64,000 nt of DNA from Escherichia typing phage 1: sequence record KP869100. One strand, 5' to 3'. How positions within the stretch are numbered: position 1 is the stretch's first letter; every line of letters begins with the position of its first letter. The position numbers were made by a program, and so were the translations under genes. Under the pieces are notes generated by a model. The model saw only the letters and a program-made list of their open reading frames with translations. It made no database searches and had not been told where the DNA came from. This document shows, piece by piece, positions 1 to 8,350 of this stretch.

Positions 1-12
1 ACTAAAGATGAG

Positions 13-420
13 ATGTACACAGAAATTTGTGATAAGTTGAACTGCTCAAGACATGCTGCTAAGGTTCTTGTACATTGTTTTATTTGGGAATGCTCAGAAG
101 CCTATATGAAACACGTAGCTTTTGAGAGTTCTCATTTACTCGGTGATGTAAAAATAGGTGTAGCACTAAAAGAGCCTGAGATGAAAACAGTACCTAAGGT
201 CGGTAATGTGTATAAACTAAAAAATTTTATTACAGGCGAGATTGTTGCAGAAGGTGAAGTGCAACAGGTTTATCATGATGGTAAATATCTGTTTAAGATA
301 TTCGAGTATGATAGTCGTTACAGACACTTATGTGGTATTACATTTTTAGTTTCAGAGGATGACCTCATCAAGAACAATAGTAATAAATTCGCAGTACCAG
401 AATATCAAGTTTTACGATAA
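13..420 (+). CDS. hypothetical protein
   Basis: 135-aa ORF from the track; no recognisable motif; overlaps next ORF by 62 nt in another frame. Confidence 0.4.
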   Translation: MYTEICDKLNCSRHAAKVLVHCFIWECSEAYMKHVAFESSHLLGDVKIGVALKEPEMKTVPKVGNVYKLKNFITGEIVAEGEVQQVYHDGKYLFKIFEYDSRYRHLCGITFLVSEDDLIKNNSNKFAVPEYQVLR

Positions 421-982
421 TGGTGTGATAGATATGGAAAAAGATAACTTAAAAGATGTTGAAGGTAACTATCTAGTCCTTGACTGGAAGGATGTTCGGG
501 AAGCACTCTCCGAAGAAAATCTTGACTGGTTCGAACAAATTATCTTTGCAGTACGGCATAACCGAGAAGTTGAAAATGGTAAAGAGCCACTTGAAGGAAT
601 CTTTGTAGATAGGTCTTATCCATTCTATGAAGACACTTTGCAGAAAGTTAAGATGTACTTTAGACAGAAGAACCGTAAAGTGGTCACTATGGTATCTCTT
701 GGTGGACAGAATATGTCTGTGATGGAAGATATTAATCCTAAGAGACCGAGTAAAGGTATCTGTATAAAAATCACAGGACATGAAGAGTATATCTCAGTGG
801 ATGACTTTAGTGCATTCTGTAATGGCTCTTGTGTCTTTAATGGTTTTCACTATGATATCCGAGTGTACCCAATCAAGGGAGATGATATCATGATGCAGGT
901 ATTCGATAATAACAACGGCTTTACTCATTTTTATCAGACAACCAAGTCATCACTAAAAACAGTTCTGGAAACACTGATTTAA
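359..982 (+). CDS. hypothetical protein (alternative start at 434 would remove the overlap)
   Basis: 207-aa ORF; followed by a hairpin + T-run terminator; no recognisable domain. Confidence 0.45.
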   Translation: MTSSRTIVINSQYQNIKFYDNGVIDMEKDNLKDVEGNYLVLDWKDVREALSEENLDWFEQIIFAVRHNREVENGKEPLEGIFVDRSYPFYEDTLQKVKMYFRQKNRKVVTMVSLGGQNMSVMEDINPKRPSKGICIKITGHEEYISVDDFSAFCNGSCVFNGFHYDIRVYPIKGDDIMMQVFDNNNGFTHFYQTTKSSLKTVLETLI

Positions 983-992
983 AATATCTTAA

Positions 993-1019
993 GAGCCTCC
1001 TTAATTGGGGGCTTTTTTT
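993..1019 (+). terminator. intrinsic terminator
   Basis: GAGCCTCC-TTAATT-GGGGGCT hairpin followed by TTTTTTT, just after stop at 980-982. Confidence 0.6.
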
Positions 1020-1021
1020 AA

Positions 1022-2560
1022 TTTTTATAAAAATTTTATCGGTTGTTCCAACCTCTGGGTCACCATCATATGTGAATAAAATATCTATCCTTCTTAACAA
1101 CCTTCTTAATCTTACTCTCTATATATAGTTATATAGTACTATATAGTGTCTTAGTAACTATCTAGTGGTCTTAATAGCCCCTCTGTATAACCCTTCTAAA
1201 TAGCCCTCTAAACACTCTTCTAACAAGCCTTCTTAACAACCTATACAATCACCTTAACCATCTCTCTATACGCTCTTAGAAGCCTCTATACACCCCTTAA
1301 TCTCTATGTCAGCTATGATACTCTCTATAGGTGTTCACTAGGCACTACTAAGCCTCTATATAGACTGTTTTAACAAACTTAACAGGAATATCTTTACAGA
1401 CCTTATCTCACAAGGTCTAACACGGTACTAACAAGGTATCTTATAAGCCTGTTTCTACCTGTATTTTTAAAAGACTGTATAAGTAATTATTCAGAATTTT
1501 AAAATTTTTATAAAATAAGACTGTCAAGTCATTTTTTAGGGTCTTTGAAGGAACTCAAAAATATCTGTAGAAGATGTATATCTGCTTGGTAGCCCTTAAC
1601 AGCTCCCTTACAAGTACTTTGCAAAATTTTAAAATATCCTTAACAACATCTTAACAACTCTCTCAAGCTCTTAACATCTCTTCAAAGGTCTTAACAGTTT
1701 CTTAACAGAACTAACAAGAACTTAACAGTTTTCTAACAAGCTTTGGTAGGGCTTTACAGAATCTTAACAGATAACTAACAAGAGCTAACAAGTTAATTTT
1801 AAAGAGTTATTTTGTTAAGATAATTAACAAGTTCCTAACAAGTGTTTAATCTTTTTAACAAGCTATTAACATGGTCACTATCTCTTTTCTTATCGTTCCC
1901 TTTCTCTCTTAGTGATTCTCTAAACATACCTTTTAAAAGCTCTCTATAGCTCCTTGTAAGCTCTTTTAAGCCTCTTCCTAGTATCTACCCCTCAACTGTA
2001 TGGATAGCTCTTTATAGGGCTTTACAGGAGCTTTTAAGGCTATGTCAAAGGTTCTTACAAGGCTTTTACGTGGTCTTAACAGAGATTTAACAAGGGGCTA
2101 ACAAGTTGCTAACAAGTGCCTTAAAAGCATAACTATGTAGGGATTGTTAAGAAATTGTTAAGGGGGCTAGCATTTACGTAACTTTTAAGCTACTTCAAAG
2201 TAACTTTATAGCCCCTATAACATACTTTTAAGACACTAACAAGCCCTTTTTAGTAGTTCACAAGATAGCTAACGAGATGATAAAGCTCACACCCTTATAA
2301 GATTCTTTTAAGGCTCTAGAAAGCTCTATAAAGGGCTTTTTAGAGTGGGTTAATATGATTGCTTAAGTTAGGTTGATAAGGCTGTTATAGGGCTTTATAG
2401 AGCGTTTAAATGGTTGCCCTTCCCTTTCGGGTTATGGGCTTATATTTAAGTTGATTTGATAAGGGGTTATAGAGTAAGCTATAGAGTTATTGCTTTTAAG
2501 GTACGGGATAGATTCTAGGAAGGAAAGGAAAGGGATTGTATAGAGTCTCTTTATAGACGT
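1022..2560. repeat. non-coding repeat-dense region (oriented yTAACAr and CTATAG-type short repeats)
   Basis: No credible ORF; more than 25 same-orientation copies of CTTAACA/CTAACAAG-type cores, 15 of them within 1640-1880, plus many CTCTATAG/TTATAGGG copies; bounded by terminators. Confidence 0.7.
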
Positions 2561-2613
2561 AAAAAAGCCCCTATGAGAAGGAGCTTTTCAGGTATCTGGG
2601 GCTATTTAGCCCC
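2561..2613 (-). terminator. terminator region ending the long minus-strand transcription block
   Basis: AAAAAAGCCCC..GGAGCTTTT and GGGGCTATTTAGCCCC hairpins flanked by A/T runs, just downstream of the stop at 2624. Confidence 0.45.
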
Positions 2614-2623
2614 GCTGCGTCGA

Positions 2624-2872
2624 TTAGTTGTAACCTTGTTTGCTGTAGTACAGAGAGACAATCAAGTCACCCCAATAATGGTAGTGAGATTCCTCGTTTA
2701 TGGCTTCTTTTACGGCATCTTTCCAGAAGTCATCAGTAGGGTTATAATCTGGTATCACCTGCTGAATCAGCATTTTGATAAGGTCAAAGGTGTTATCTGT
2801 TCCACCGATATCGAATTTTGCATCAAGTTGGTGGCAGCCATAAGCATTAACAGTTACGCGGATAGTTGACAT
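2624..2872 (-). CDS. hypothetical small protein
   Basis: 82-aa ORF; start directly downstream of a type-A cassette SD. Confidence 0.5.
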   Translation of the reverse strand: MSTIRVTVNAYGCHQLDAKFDIGGTDNTFDLIKMLIQQVIPDYNPTDDFWKDAVKEAINEESHYHYWGDLIVSLYYSKQGYN

Positions 2873-2966
2873 AATTTAGAATCTCCAGTTTAGGACTTTA
2901 TTTAGTGGGGAAGGTCATTCCCTCCCCGTTGTTTAGTAATTTACTGCATATTGGCGTAGGTTGCAA
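2873..2966 (-). promoter_or_regulatory. type-A cassette A1 (promoter TTGCAA-N17-TAAATT + G/C hairpin + SD)
   Basis: -35 at 2961-2966 and -10 at 2938-2943 (minus strand), then CAACGGGGAGGGAATGACCTTCCCC leader and GGAGAT SD before the ATG at 2872. Confidence 0.55.
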
Positions 2967-3204
2967 GCCTTTTTTCGTTGTATTTTGTCAGAATTTCACA
3001 AGATAGAACATCGTACATTGTAACCGCTTTGCTTTTGTCGAGGTCAAAAAAGCCAAATGCTTTACCATCTTTGAATCCGACAACTTCGTAAGATTCTTTA
3101 ATGATTTCACCATTGAACAAATCACTTTCGATACGGTGAAACAACGCTACGTCTTCTTTGTCAGTTGCAATCTGCAATAGTGTGGTTAATTCTACGTGTT
3201 CCAT
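2941..3204 (-). CDS. hypothetical small protein
   Basis: Track ORF 2941..3309 trimmed to the ATG at 3202-3204 because the upstream part is occupied by cassette A2. Confidence 0.45.
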   Translation of the reverse strand: MEHVELTTLLQIATDKEDVALFHRIESDLFNGEIIKESYEVVGFKDGKAFGFFDLDKSKAVTMYDVLSCEILTKYNEKRLATYANMQ

Positions 3205-3297
3205 TTTTGAATCTCCTAGTTTAAGGACTTTACTTAGTGGGAAGGTTAATCCCTCCCCGTTGATTGACAATTTACAGACTTTTGATTGTCTCGTCAA
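3205..3297 (-). promoter_or_regulatory. type-A cassette A2 (TTGACG-N17-TAAATT + hairpin + SD)
   Basis: -35 at 3292-3297, -10 at 3269-3274 (minus strand), conserved leader and TAGGAGATTC SD. Confidence 0.55.
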
Positions 3298-3802
3298 TAT
3301 CTTTTTCAATATCTTTTAAAGTTTTTTCTAAGTTCTTGATATTGAAGGATAAGCCTTCACCGAGAGTCTTAGAATAACCGCTAGGACGTAAATCATAAAG
3401 GCCAATTTGTTCTACATTGGAGAGGTTGACCATTTCACCGCTTACATCATAAGCTATTGATACGGTGTTTTCAGGGGCTTTATAGAACTTGTTAAGATTC
3501 TTGATAGAACGTTCATAAGCCATTTTATAACCATTTAAAAGGTCTTTAACGTGGTTGCGAACGTTTTTACACTCATCTAAGTAAATACCTAAGAATAGCG
3601 GTAACAGTTCTGCTACAGCTTGCATAAAGTGAGATACTACAACAGTAGAAACATTACGACGATGTATATAATAAGCCCCGTTTTCTGATTTAGTGATAGT
3701 TGCAAAGTGTACACCGTTGCAACGAAATTCGAAGGTATCTTTAACGGGTTTAGTCATAACGTTAGATGAGCGAATGTAGTTGATAGCTTGAAACTTGTTC
3801 AT
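3272..3802 (-). CDS. hypothetical protein
   Basis: 176-aa ORF preceded by cassette A3; no recognised domain. Confidence 0.55.
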   Translation of the reverse strand: MNKFQAINYIRSSNVMTKPVKDTFEFRCNGVHFATITKSENGAYYIHRRNVSTVVVSHFMQAVAELLPLFLGIYLDECKNVRNHVKDLLNGYKMAYERSIKNLNKFYKAPENTVSIAYDVSGEMVNLSNVEQIGLYDLRPSGYSKTLGEGLSFNIKNLEKTLKDIEKDIDETIKSL

Positions 3803-3895
3803 TTTGAATCTCCTAGTTTAAGGACTTTACTTAGTGGGGAAGGTCATTCCCTCCCCGTTGTTTAGTACTATACTTGTTTTGATTTGCCTTTGCAA
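3803..3895 (-). promoter_or_regulatory. type-A cassette A3 (TTGCAA-N17-TATAGT + hairpin + SD)
   Basis: -35 at 3890-3895, -10 at 3867-3872 (minus strand), conserved GGGGAAGGTCATTCCCTCCCC hairpin and SD. Confidence 0.55.
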
Positions 3896-4023
3896 GCAAT
3901 TTTTTAAGTTTATCTATAAAGAATCTATTAAGTGAATCCCTTTTAGATAACCCCCTCGAACAAAGTTACCAATGTCAATGGGTATTGTCAACACTTTTTT
4001 AAAAGTTTTTTGTAAGTTATTGA

Positions 4024-4365
4024 TTAACTTATGAAGATTTTTTCAGGCTTTACATAGCTGATACGCTGACTTTTTAGCAGGTCATCCCAGATTAAAGCGG
4101 CAATATGTGCATAACCGGATTCACGTAAAAGCTTCATTGTTTTACTTCTCGTTTCAAAACGGCTTGCGTAGTATTCACTGTTCAAGGTCGTTTTATTCCC
4201 TTCGTTATCTGTATGGATGATTTGCATCACTTGAAAGGGGCTTACACCCTCGCCTTTGTTCCACTGTTCAAAGTATTTTAGGCACTGCATAGGTGACATC
4301 TTATCACTTACTTGAGTTGACCAAGATGAGCCAGCTTTATCGGTAATTACGGTTACATAAGCCAT
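4024..4365 (-). CDS. hypothetical protein
   Basis: 113-aa ORF; preceded by type-B cassette B1. Confidence 0.55.
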   Translation of the reverse strand: MAYVTVITDKAGSSWSTQVSDKMSPMQCLKYFEQWNKGEGVSPFQVMQIIHTDNEGNKTTLNSEYYASRFETRSKTMKLLRESGYAHIAALIWDDLLKSQRISYVKPEKIFIS

Positions 4366-4450
4366 TTTAGAATCTCCAGTTTAGGATTGAGTGGTAAAGC
4401 TCTTTATCTGGGGCTTACTATACAGACTAATAAGCCCCATGTAAAGTACT
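4366..4450 (-). promoter_or_regulatory. type-B cassette B1 (AAAGTACTTT palindrome + GGGGCTTA/TAAGCCCC hairpin + conserved leader + SD)
   Basis: Perfect 8-bp inverted repeat GGGGCTTA..TAAGCCCC at 4410-4438; leader AGATAAAGAGCTTTACCACTCAATCCTAAACTGGAGATTC precedes the ATG. Confidence 0.55.
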
Positions 4451-4699
4451 TTAAGCGTCTTTATATTCTATCTCTGTGCACTCACCTTTTACTAGCTCAA
4501 AGGTCCAAATAATTCGTTTATACTCAATCACTACTACAGTAACAAGGTCAGTCCTCTTCTCATTGGTTTTAAAGTCTATTGTGTGGGTATACTCATAACT
4601 AGTCTTATCCTTAATTTCCCCGTAGCGTCTACACTCTTTATAGACTTCATCCATTAAGCCATTGCTAACCATGTTTTTTAGTTGAGTTTTAGTATACAT
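4451..4699 (-). CDS. hypothetical small protein
   Basis: 82-aa ORF; preceded by cassette A4. Confidence 0.5.
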   Translation of the reverse strand: MYTKTQLKNMVSNGLMDEVYKECRRYGEIKDKTSYEYTHTIDFKTNEKRTDLVTVVVIEYKRIIWTFELVKGECTEIEYKDA

Positions 4700-4795
4700 T
4701 TTTTGGAATCTCCTAGTTTAAGGACTTTACTTAGTGGGGAAGGTCATTCCCTCCCCGTTGATTGATAATTTACAGACTTTTATCAGGCTTGTCTA
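4700..4795 (-). promoter_or_regulatory. type-A cassette A4 (TAGACA-N17-TAAATT + hairpin + SD)
   Basis: -35 at 4790-4795, -10 at 4767-4772 (minus strand), conserved hairpin and SD. Confidence 0.55.
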
Positions 4796-5026
4796 GTCTT
4801 TTTCAATGATAATTTCATATTGACCATCGACACTGTCGAAATAGATTCCTTCGTCATCTTCTGTCTTAAAGTAACATTGTATATCATCACTGGCGGGGTA
4901 GTCTTGTCTTGCTATCTGGCAAACTTGAATAGCATTTTCTTTACTTCCTGTAAACTCTTCAAGCCCTTTAAAGTCACATGAATGGCCGTTACAAATGGAA
5001 AGGATGAGATAAATGGTTGTAAGCAT
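4793..5026 (-). CDS. small protein with hydrophobic N-terminus (possibly secreted)
   Basis: 77-aa ORF; N-terminus MLTTIYLILSICNG is signal-peptide-like. Confidence 0.45.
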   Translation of the reverse strand: MLTTIYLILSICNGHSCDFKGLEEFTGSKENAIQVCQIARQDYPASDDIQCYFKTEDDEGIYFDSVDGQYEIIIEKD

Positions 5027-5036
5027 GATTTAAGCC

Positions 5037-5058
5037 CTCTAAAAGCCCCTGTAAGGGG
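5037..5058 (-). terminator. putative intrinsic terminator
   Basis: CCCCT-GTA-AGGGG hairpin followed on the minus strand by CTTTT, immediately after the stop at 5093. Confidence 0.4.
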
Positions 5059-5092
5059 TTAATCAGTGTTTATAAGGTGAATGTATAGGTTT

Positions 5093-5635
5093 TTAGAAAA
5101 AGACCTTTAAATCACTCTCTACAATGTTTTCTGTCAGTGTATCCATGATGTCACAAAAAACCTGAATACTGTCGGATTGTTGGATACTTTTAGCAAGTAG
5201 CTCCAATGTTTCATCAAGATAATTTAAATTTGGGTTATCCAGTGAAGGGAGACAAAAAGGTGAATACATAGCGTTGAACTCTGTTGTATAGACCTTTTTA
5301 ATCCAATTTACATCAAAGTACTCTGTAAAGCTTGCTATATTTGACATGTTATCACAAGAATAATCATCATTTAGCTCATCCTCTGGAATGTCAAGTTCTA
5401 AGATAACAATATTTTGAGTTTTCATCTGAAAAGCTGCCGTGATAGTGGCATTTCCTAGAGCTTGCTGGATACCTTCCGATGCTATCTCTTCCTCATCATC
5501 ACCATAGAGTTTATTTTCTGGGTACACGTAAAAATTGCCGTCCATATCCGAACAATTCCATACACCTGATGGTTTATCACCGTTATTAATCAGGTTAATA
5601 AAGTTTTCTTGAGTAGTACCGTGAAAGCATTTCAT
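5093..5635 (-). CDS. highly acidic protein (DNA-mimic-like composition)
   Basis: 180-aa ORF, very rich in D/E with few K/R (runs such as GDDEEEIASEG, DIPEDELNDD); preceded by cassette B2. Confidence 0.55.
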   Translation of the reverse strand: MKCFHGTTQENFINLINNGDKPSGVWNCSDMDGNFYVYPENKLYGDDEEEIASEGIQQALGNATITAAFQMKTQNIVILELDIPEDELNDDYSCDNMSNIASFTEYFDVNWIKKVYTTEFNAMYSPFCLPSLDNPNLNYLDETLELLAKSIQQSDSIQVFCDIMDTLTENIVESDLKVFF

Positions 5636-5742
5636 TTTGAATCTCCTAGTTTAAGGATTTAGTGGTAAAGCTCTTTATCTGGGGCTTACTTTATCGAACT
5701 ATAAGCCCCTTGTAAAGTACTTTATCAGTTAATTTTTGACAA
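5636..5742 (-). promoter_or_regulatory. type-B cassette B2 (TTGTCA-N17-TACTTT + hairpin + SD)
   Basis: -35 at 5737-5742, -10 at 5714-5719 (minus strand); GGGGCTTA..TAAGCCCC hairpin; conserved leader and SD. Confidence 0.55.
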
Positions 5743-5926
5743 CTTTTAAAACTGCAAGATAACCTAAGCAATAAGAATCACCGAAGAGAGTTCTACCCAT
5801 GAAAGAATCATCTTTGATATCCTTTGCAGTGACTGTTTTTTCTACGCCGTGGGAAAGAACTACATCACCAACTTTAATGTCTTTGATGTGCGTGGTTTCA
5901 ATGGTTAAACCGTTGATAATAGCCAT
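5729..5926 (-). CDS. hypothetical small protein
   Basis: 65-aa ORF; preceded by cassette A5. Confidence 0.45.
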   Translation of the reverse strand: MAIINGLTIETTHIKDIKVGDVVLSHGVEKTVTAKDIKDDSFMGRTLFGDSYCLGYLAVLKVVKN

Positions 5927-6020
5927 TTTGAATCTCCTAGTTTAAGGACTTTACTTAGTGGGGAAGGTCATTCCCTCCCCGTTGATGTGTAATTTAATCT
6001 ATCTAAAAATCAGTGTCAAT
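5927..6020 (-). promoter_or_regulatory. type-A cassette A5 (TTGACA-N17-TAAATT + hairpin + SD)
   Basis: -35 at 6015-6020, -10 at 5992-5997 (minus strand); promoter part identical to cassette A6. Confidence 0.6.
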
Positions 6021-6027
6021 AAAATTT

Positions 6028-6432
6028 TTAGAGTTCTGCATAAATTGCGTCGCAGATGTCACGAAAGTCATGATTTGCCAAATTACGTTGTAACCAAGTG
6101 GCAAAGAAATCAGCGATTGCAAAATTAGCATCATACTCAACAGATAGCCACACTTTCACGGCAAATCTAAACATTTTCAAGTCTAACTCTTTATTCATTA
6201 CCTTAGATTTGCCTAACATGTCGACCATTTCATATTGTGCACCGTCTAGCGTGATACCTGCTGCAACGTCAGCCAATGAGTTTTTTACGTTTTCAACGTC
6301 TAAGATAACGCTTTGAATCTTTCCGATAATGTTGTGCAATGTTTCATCCGGTGCTGATGATGTAATAACATTGATTCGATTAACGGTTAAACGTGCTTTT
6401 AAGATTGACAACTCACGATTATTAATAGCCAT
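6028..6432 (-). CDS. hypothetical protein
   Basis: 134-aa ORF; preceded by cassette B3. Confidence 0.55.
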   Translation of the reverse strand: MAINNRELSILKARLTVNRINVITSSAPDETLHNIIGKIQSVILDVENVKNSLADVAAGITLDGAQYEMVDMLGKSKVMNKELDLKMFRFAVKVWLSVEYDANFAIADFFATWLQRNLANHDFRDICDAIYAEL

Positions 6433-6517
6433 TTTAGAATCTCCAATTTAGGATTGAGTGGTAAAGCTCTTTATCTGGGGCTTACTGTACAGACTAATAA
6501 GCCCCCTGTAAAGTACT
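6433..6517 (-). promoter_or_regulatory. type-B cassette B3
   Basis: GGGGCTTA..TAAGCCCC hairpin, AAAGTACTTT palindrome, conserved leader and SD. Confidence 0.5.
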
Positions 6518-6790
6518 TTATACTAAATGCAGTTTTTTACCTTTTACTATGATGTAACTTGATGTGCTATTGCTACATACATCCTGATAAATTCTGCGCA
6601 AACGTCCTTCATAGTATACTTTCCAGCTAGTTGGAATCTTTTTGCCGTATCCGGTAGCAGTTTTTTGGAGTCCTGCGACTTGCCAATCTAAGATATGTTG
6701 CTCAGCCTGTAAATCCTCAAAGTGCATCACACCGTCTACATAGTGACGTAGAGTGACATTTAAAGTGCGACCGTTGTTAGTAGTATACAT
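6518..6790 (-). CDS. hypothetical small protein
   Basis: 90-aa ORF; preceded by cassette A6. Confidence 0.5.
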   Translation of the reverse strand: MYTTNNGRTLNVTLRHYVDGVMHFEDLQAEQHILDWQVAGLQKTATGYGKKIPTSWKVYYEGRLRRIYQDVCSNSTSSYIIVKGKKLHLV

Positions 6791-6883
6791 TTTAGAATCT
6801 CCTAGTTTAAGGACTTTATTTAGTGGGGTGTTTATTGCCTCCCCGTTGATGTGTAATTTAATCTATCTAAAAATCAGTGTCAA
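6791..6883 (-). promoter_or_regulatory. type-A cassette A6 (TTGACA-N17-TAAATT + variant hairpin + SD)
   Basis: -35 at 6878-6883, -10 at 6855-6860 (minus strand); hairpin interior differs from other A copies but the GGGG/CCCC stem is kept. Confidence 0.55.
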
Positions 6884-7212
6884 CAGTTTTGTTTTCGTTT
6901 GCTCAACTCTTGAACAATTACAGTATGATAGTCTTTTAAGTCACTAATATTTAAAGCATTTATCAGAGAATTATAATCATCGACTAATTGAAAATCATCT
7001 TTGAAAATGTCGCTGATTTGATAAGTTCTCGCCCTGAATCTGAAGCTCATTTCTAACCGCTTTAATTGTTCATCGCTCAACCGCTCTAGAAAGCTCATTA
7101 CAAGGCTATTGCTAACCTGTTGTGTGATTGCCTTATTTGCTAGATTATAGGCTTTATATGCCTTATAGAGCGCGAAAATGGCAATGATTGCAGTGATACC
7201 AGTCATTAACAT
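6880..7212 (-). CDS. small membrane-anchored protein
   Basis: 110-aa ORF; N-terminal hydrophobic segment GITAIIAIFALY. Confidence 0.45.
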   Translation of the reverse strand: MLMTGITAIIAIFALYKAYKAYNLANKAITQQVSNSLVMSFLERLSDEQLKRLEMSFRFRARTYQISDIFKDDFQLVDDYNSLINALNISDLKDYHTVIVQELSKRKQNC

Positions 7213-7502
7213 GGTGCTTCCTCTTTACGTGATACTTTGCCATTTACAGTTATCTCATAAGAATCTAGTAAATCGCTTTTAGATTTGACAGGACTTTTAA
7301 GAGTATCATCATAGATATTAACTTGCAATACAGGTTTTTTATACTCCCTGCAACTATTCCATAAGCAAATCACTACACGACGACCTTTTATTTTGCCGTG
7401 TAACCATTCCATAACATCATGGCTATTTCTTGATGTTTCAATGAAATCAATTTTGTTGAGTAATTTGCTTAGATTTTCACGAACTTTATTTGATAATTTC
7501 AT
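7206..7502 (-). CDS. hypothetical small protein
   Basis: 98-aa ORF; preceded by cassette B4; 7-nt overlap with the downstream gene. Confidence 0.5.
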   Translation of the reverse strand: MKLSNKVRENLSKLLNKIDFIETSRNSHDVMEWLHGKIKGRRVVICLWNSCREYKKPVLQVNIYDDTLKSPVKSKSDLLDSYEITVNGKVSRKEEAPC

Positions 7503-7590
7503 TTTTGAATCTCCAGTTTAGGATTGAGTGGTAAAGCTCTTTATCTGGGGCTTAAGATACCAACTTTTAAGCCCCTTGTAAAGTACTTTA
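7503..7590 (-). promoter_or_regulatory. type-B cassette B4
   Basis: 9-bp inverted repeat GGGGCTTAA..TTAAGCCCC; palindrome and conserved leader/SD. Confidence 0.5.
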
Positions 7591-7881
7591 TCAGTTAATT
7601 TTCAGCTTTGCATAACCTCTCATTGTACGAATTGGAGATGTTAAGGCTACGCGTCTAATATATGCCTTTTTCGTGTATACATTTGTCTTTCCGATAGTGT
7701 TTACACATGTAAAAAGATTTATTGGTGAATTTTTTAACTTCAACTGTTTATCAGCCTTCACACCCCATCTTACAGCAGATTGTTTTCCGTTGTCAACCAC
7801 TTTCCCGCCTAACTTTTTCGCCATGATGCGAGCGTCATCACGAGTTTTTACAGGAATTACAACGTTTTTGATAGTAGCCAT
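7591..7881 (-). CDS. hypothetical small basic protein
   Basis: 96-aa ORF, Lys/Arg-rich; preceded by cassette B5. Confidence 0.5.
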   Translation of the reverse strand: MATIKNVVIPVKTRDDARIMAKKLGGKVVDNGKQSAVRWGVKADKQLKLKNSPINLFTCVNTIGKTNVYTKKAYIRRVALTSPIRTMRGYAKLKIN

Positions 7882-7969
7882 TTTTGAATCTCCAATTTAG
7901 GATTTAGTGGTAAAGCTCTTTATCTGGGGCTTACTTTATCGAACTATAAGCCCCTTGTAAAGTACTTTA
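7882..7969 (-). promoter_or_regulatory. type-B cassette B5
   Basis: Near-identical to B2 (same hairpin GGGGCTTACTTTATCGAACTATAAGCCCC). Confidence 0.5.
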
Positions 7970-8350
7970 TCAGTTAATTTTGAAGATTGTTACATAACCA
8001 TCACTACCGATTATTTGAGACACTCCAGCTTTTTCTACTTGATAGCCCATATTTTCAAGATGATAAACAGCATCATCGTAACCATATGCGCCACCCTGAT
8101 AACGTCTCTTATCGCATCTTATCAGGTTTTTACCACGTCCAGCAAGTGCATGTAAAATGGCTTTTTCACTTGAAAGAGTACCATCTAGCATTGTCGCCGT
8201 GTAATGGTTAATTTTATTCCCATTGATATCATACTTAAAATTAAACGAGTGAACAACAATAACGTTACCTTTAAAATTCTCATCAAGTGACTTCTCCAGT
8301 GCGTTGCGAAAGTTGTCTTTGTTGATGAATTTAGGTGCACGATATGCCAT
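7970..8350 (-). CDS. hypothetical protein
   Basis: 126-aa ORF; preceded by cassette B6; no recognised domain. Confidence 0.5.
   Translation of the reverse strand: MAYRAPKFINKDNFRNALEKSLDENFKGNVIVVHSFNFKYDINGNKINHYTATMLDGTLSSEKAILHALAGRGKNLIRCDKRRYQGGAYGYDDAVYHLENMGYQVEKAGVSQIIGSDGYVTIFKIN

Noticed and set aside
473-781. Minus-strand ORF inside the 359-982 gene
   Set aside because: Entirely antisense to a longer ORF; no start context.
1022-2560. Possible CRISPR array, given the many short repeats
   Set aside because: Repeats are 7-9 nt, degenerate and irregularly spaced, with no repeat-spacer periodicity and no cas genes nearby.
2573-2869. Plus-strand 98-aa ORF
   Set aside because: Antisense to the cassette-served minus-strand ORF 2624-2872 and overlaps the terminator hairpins.
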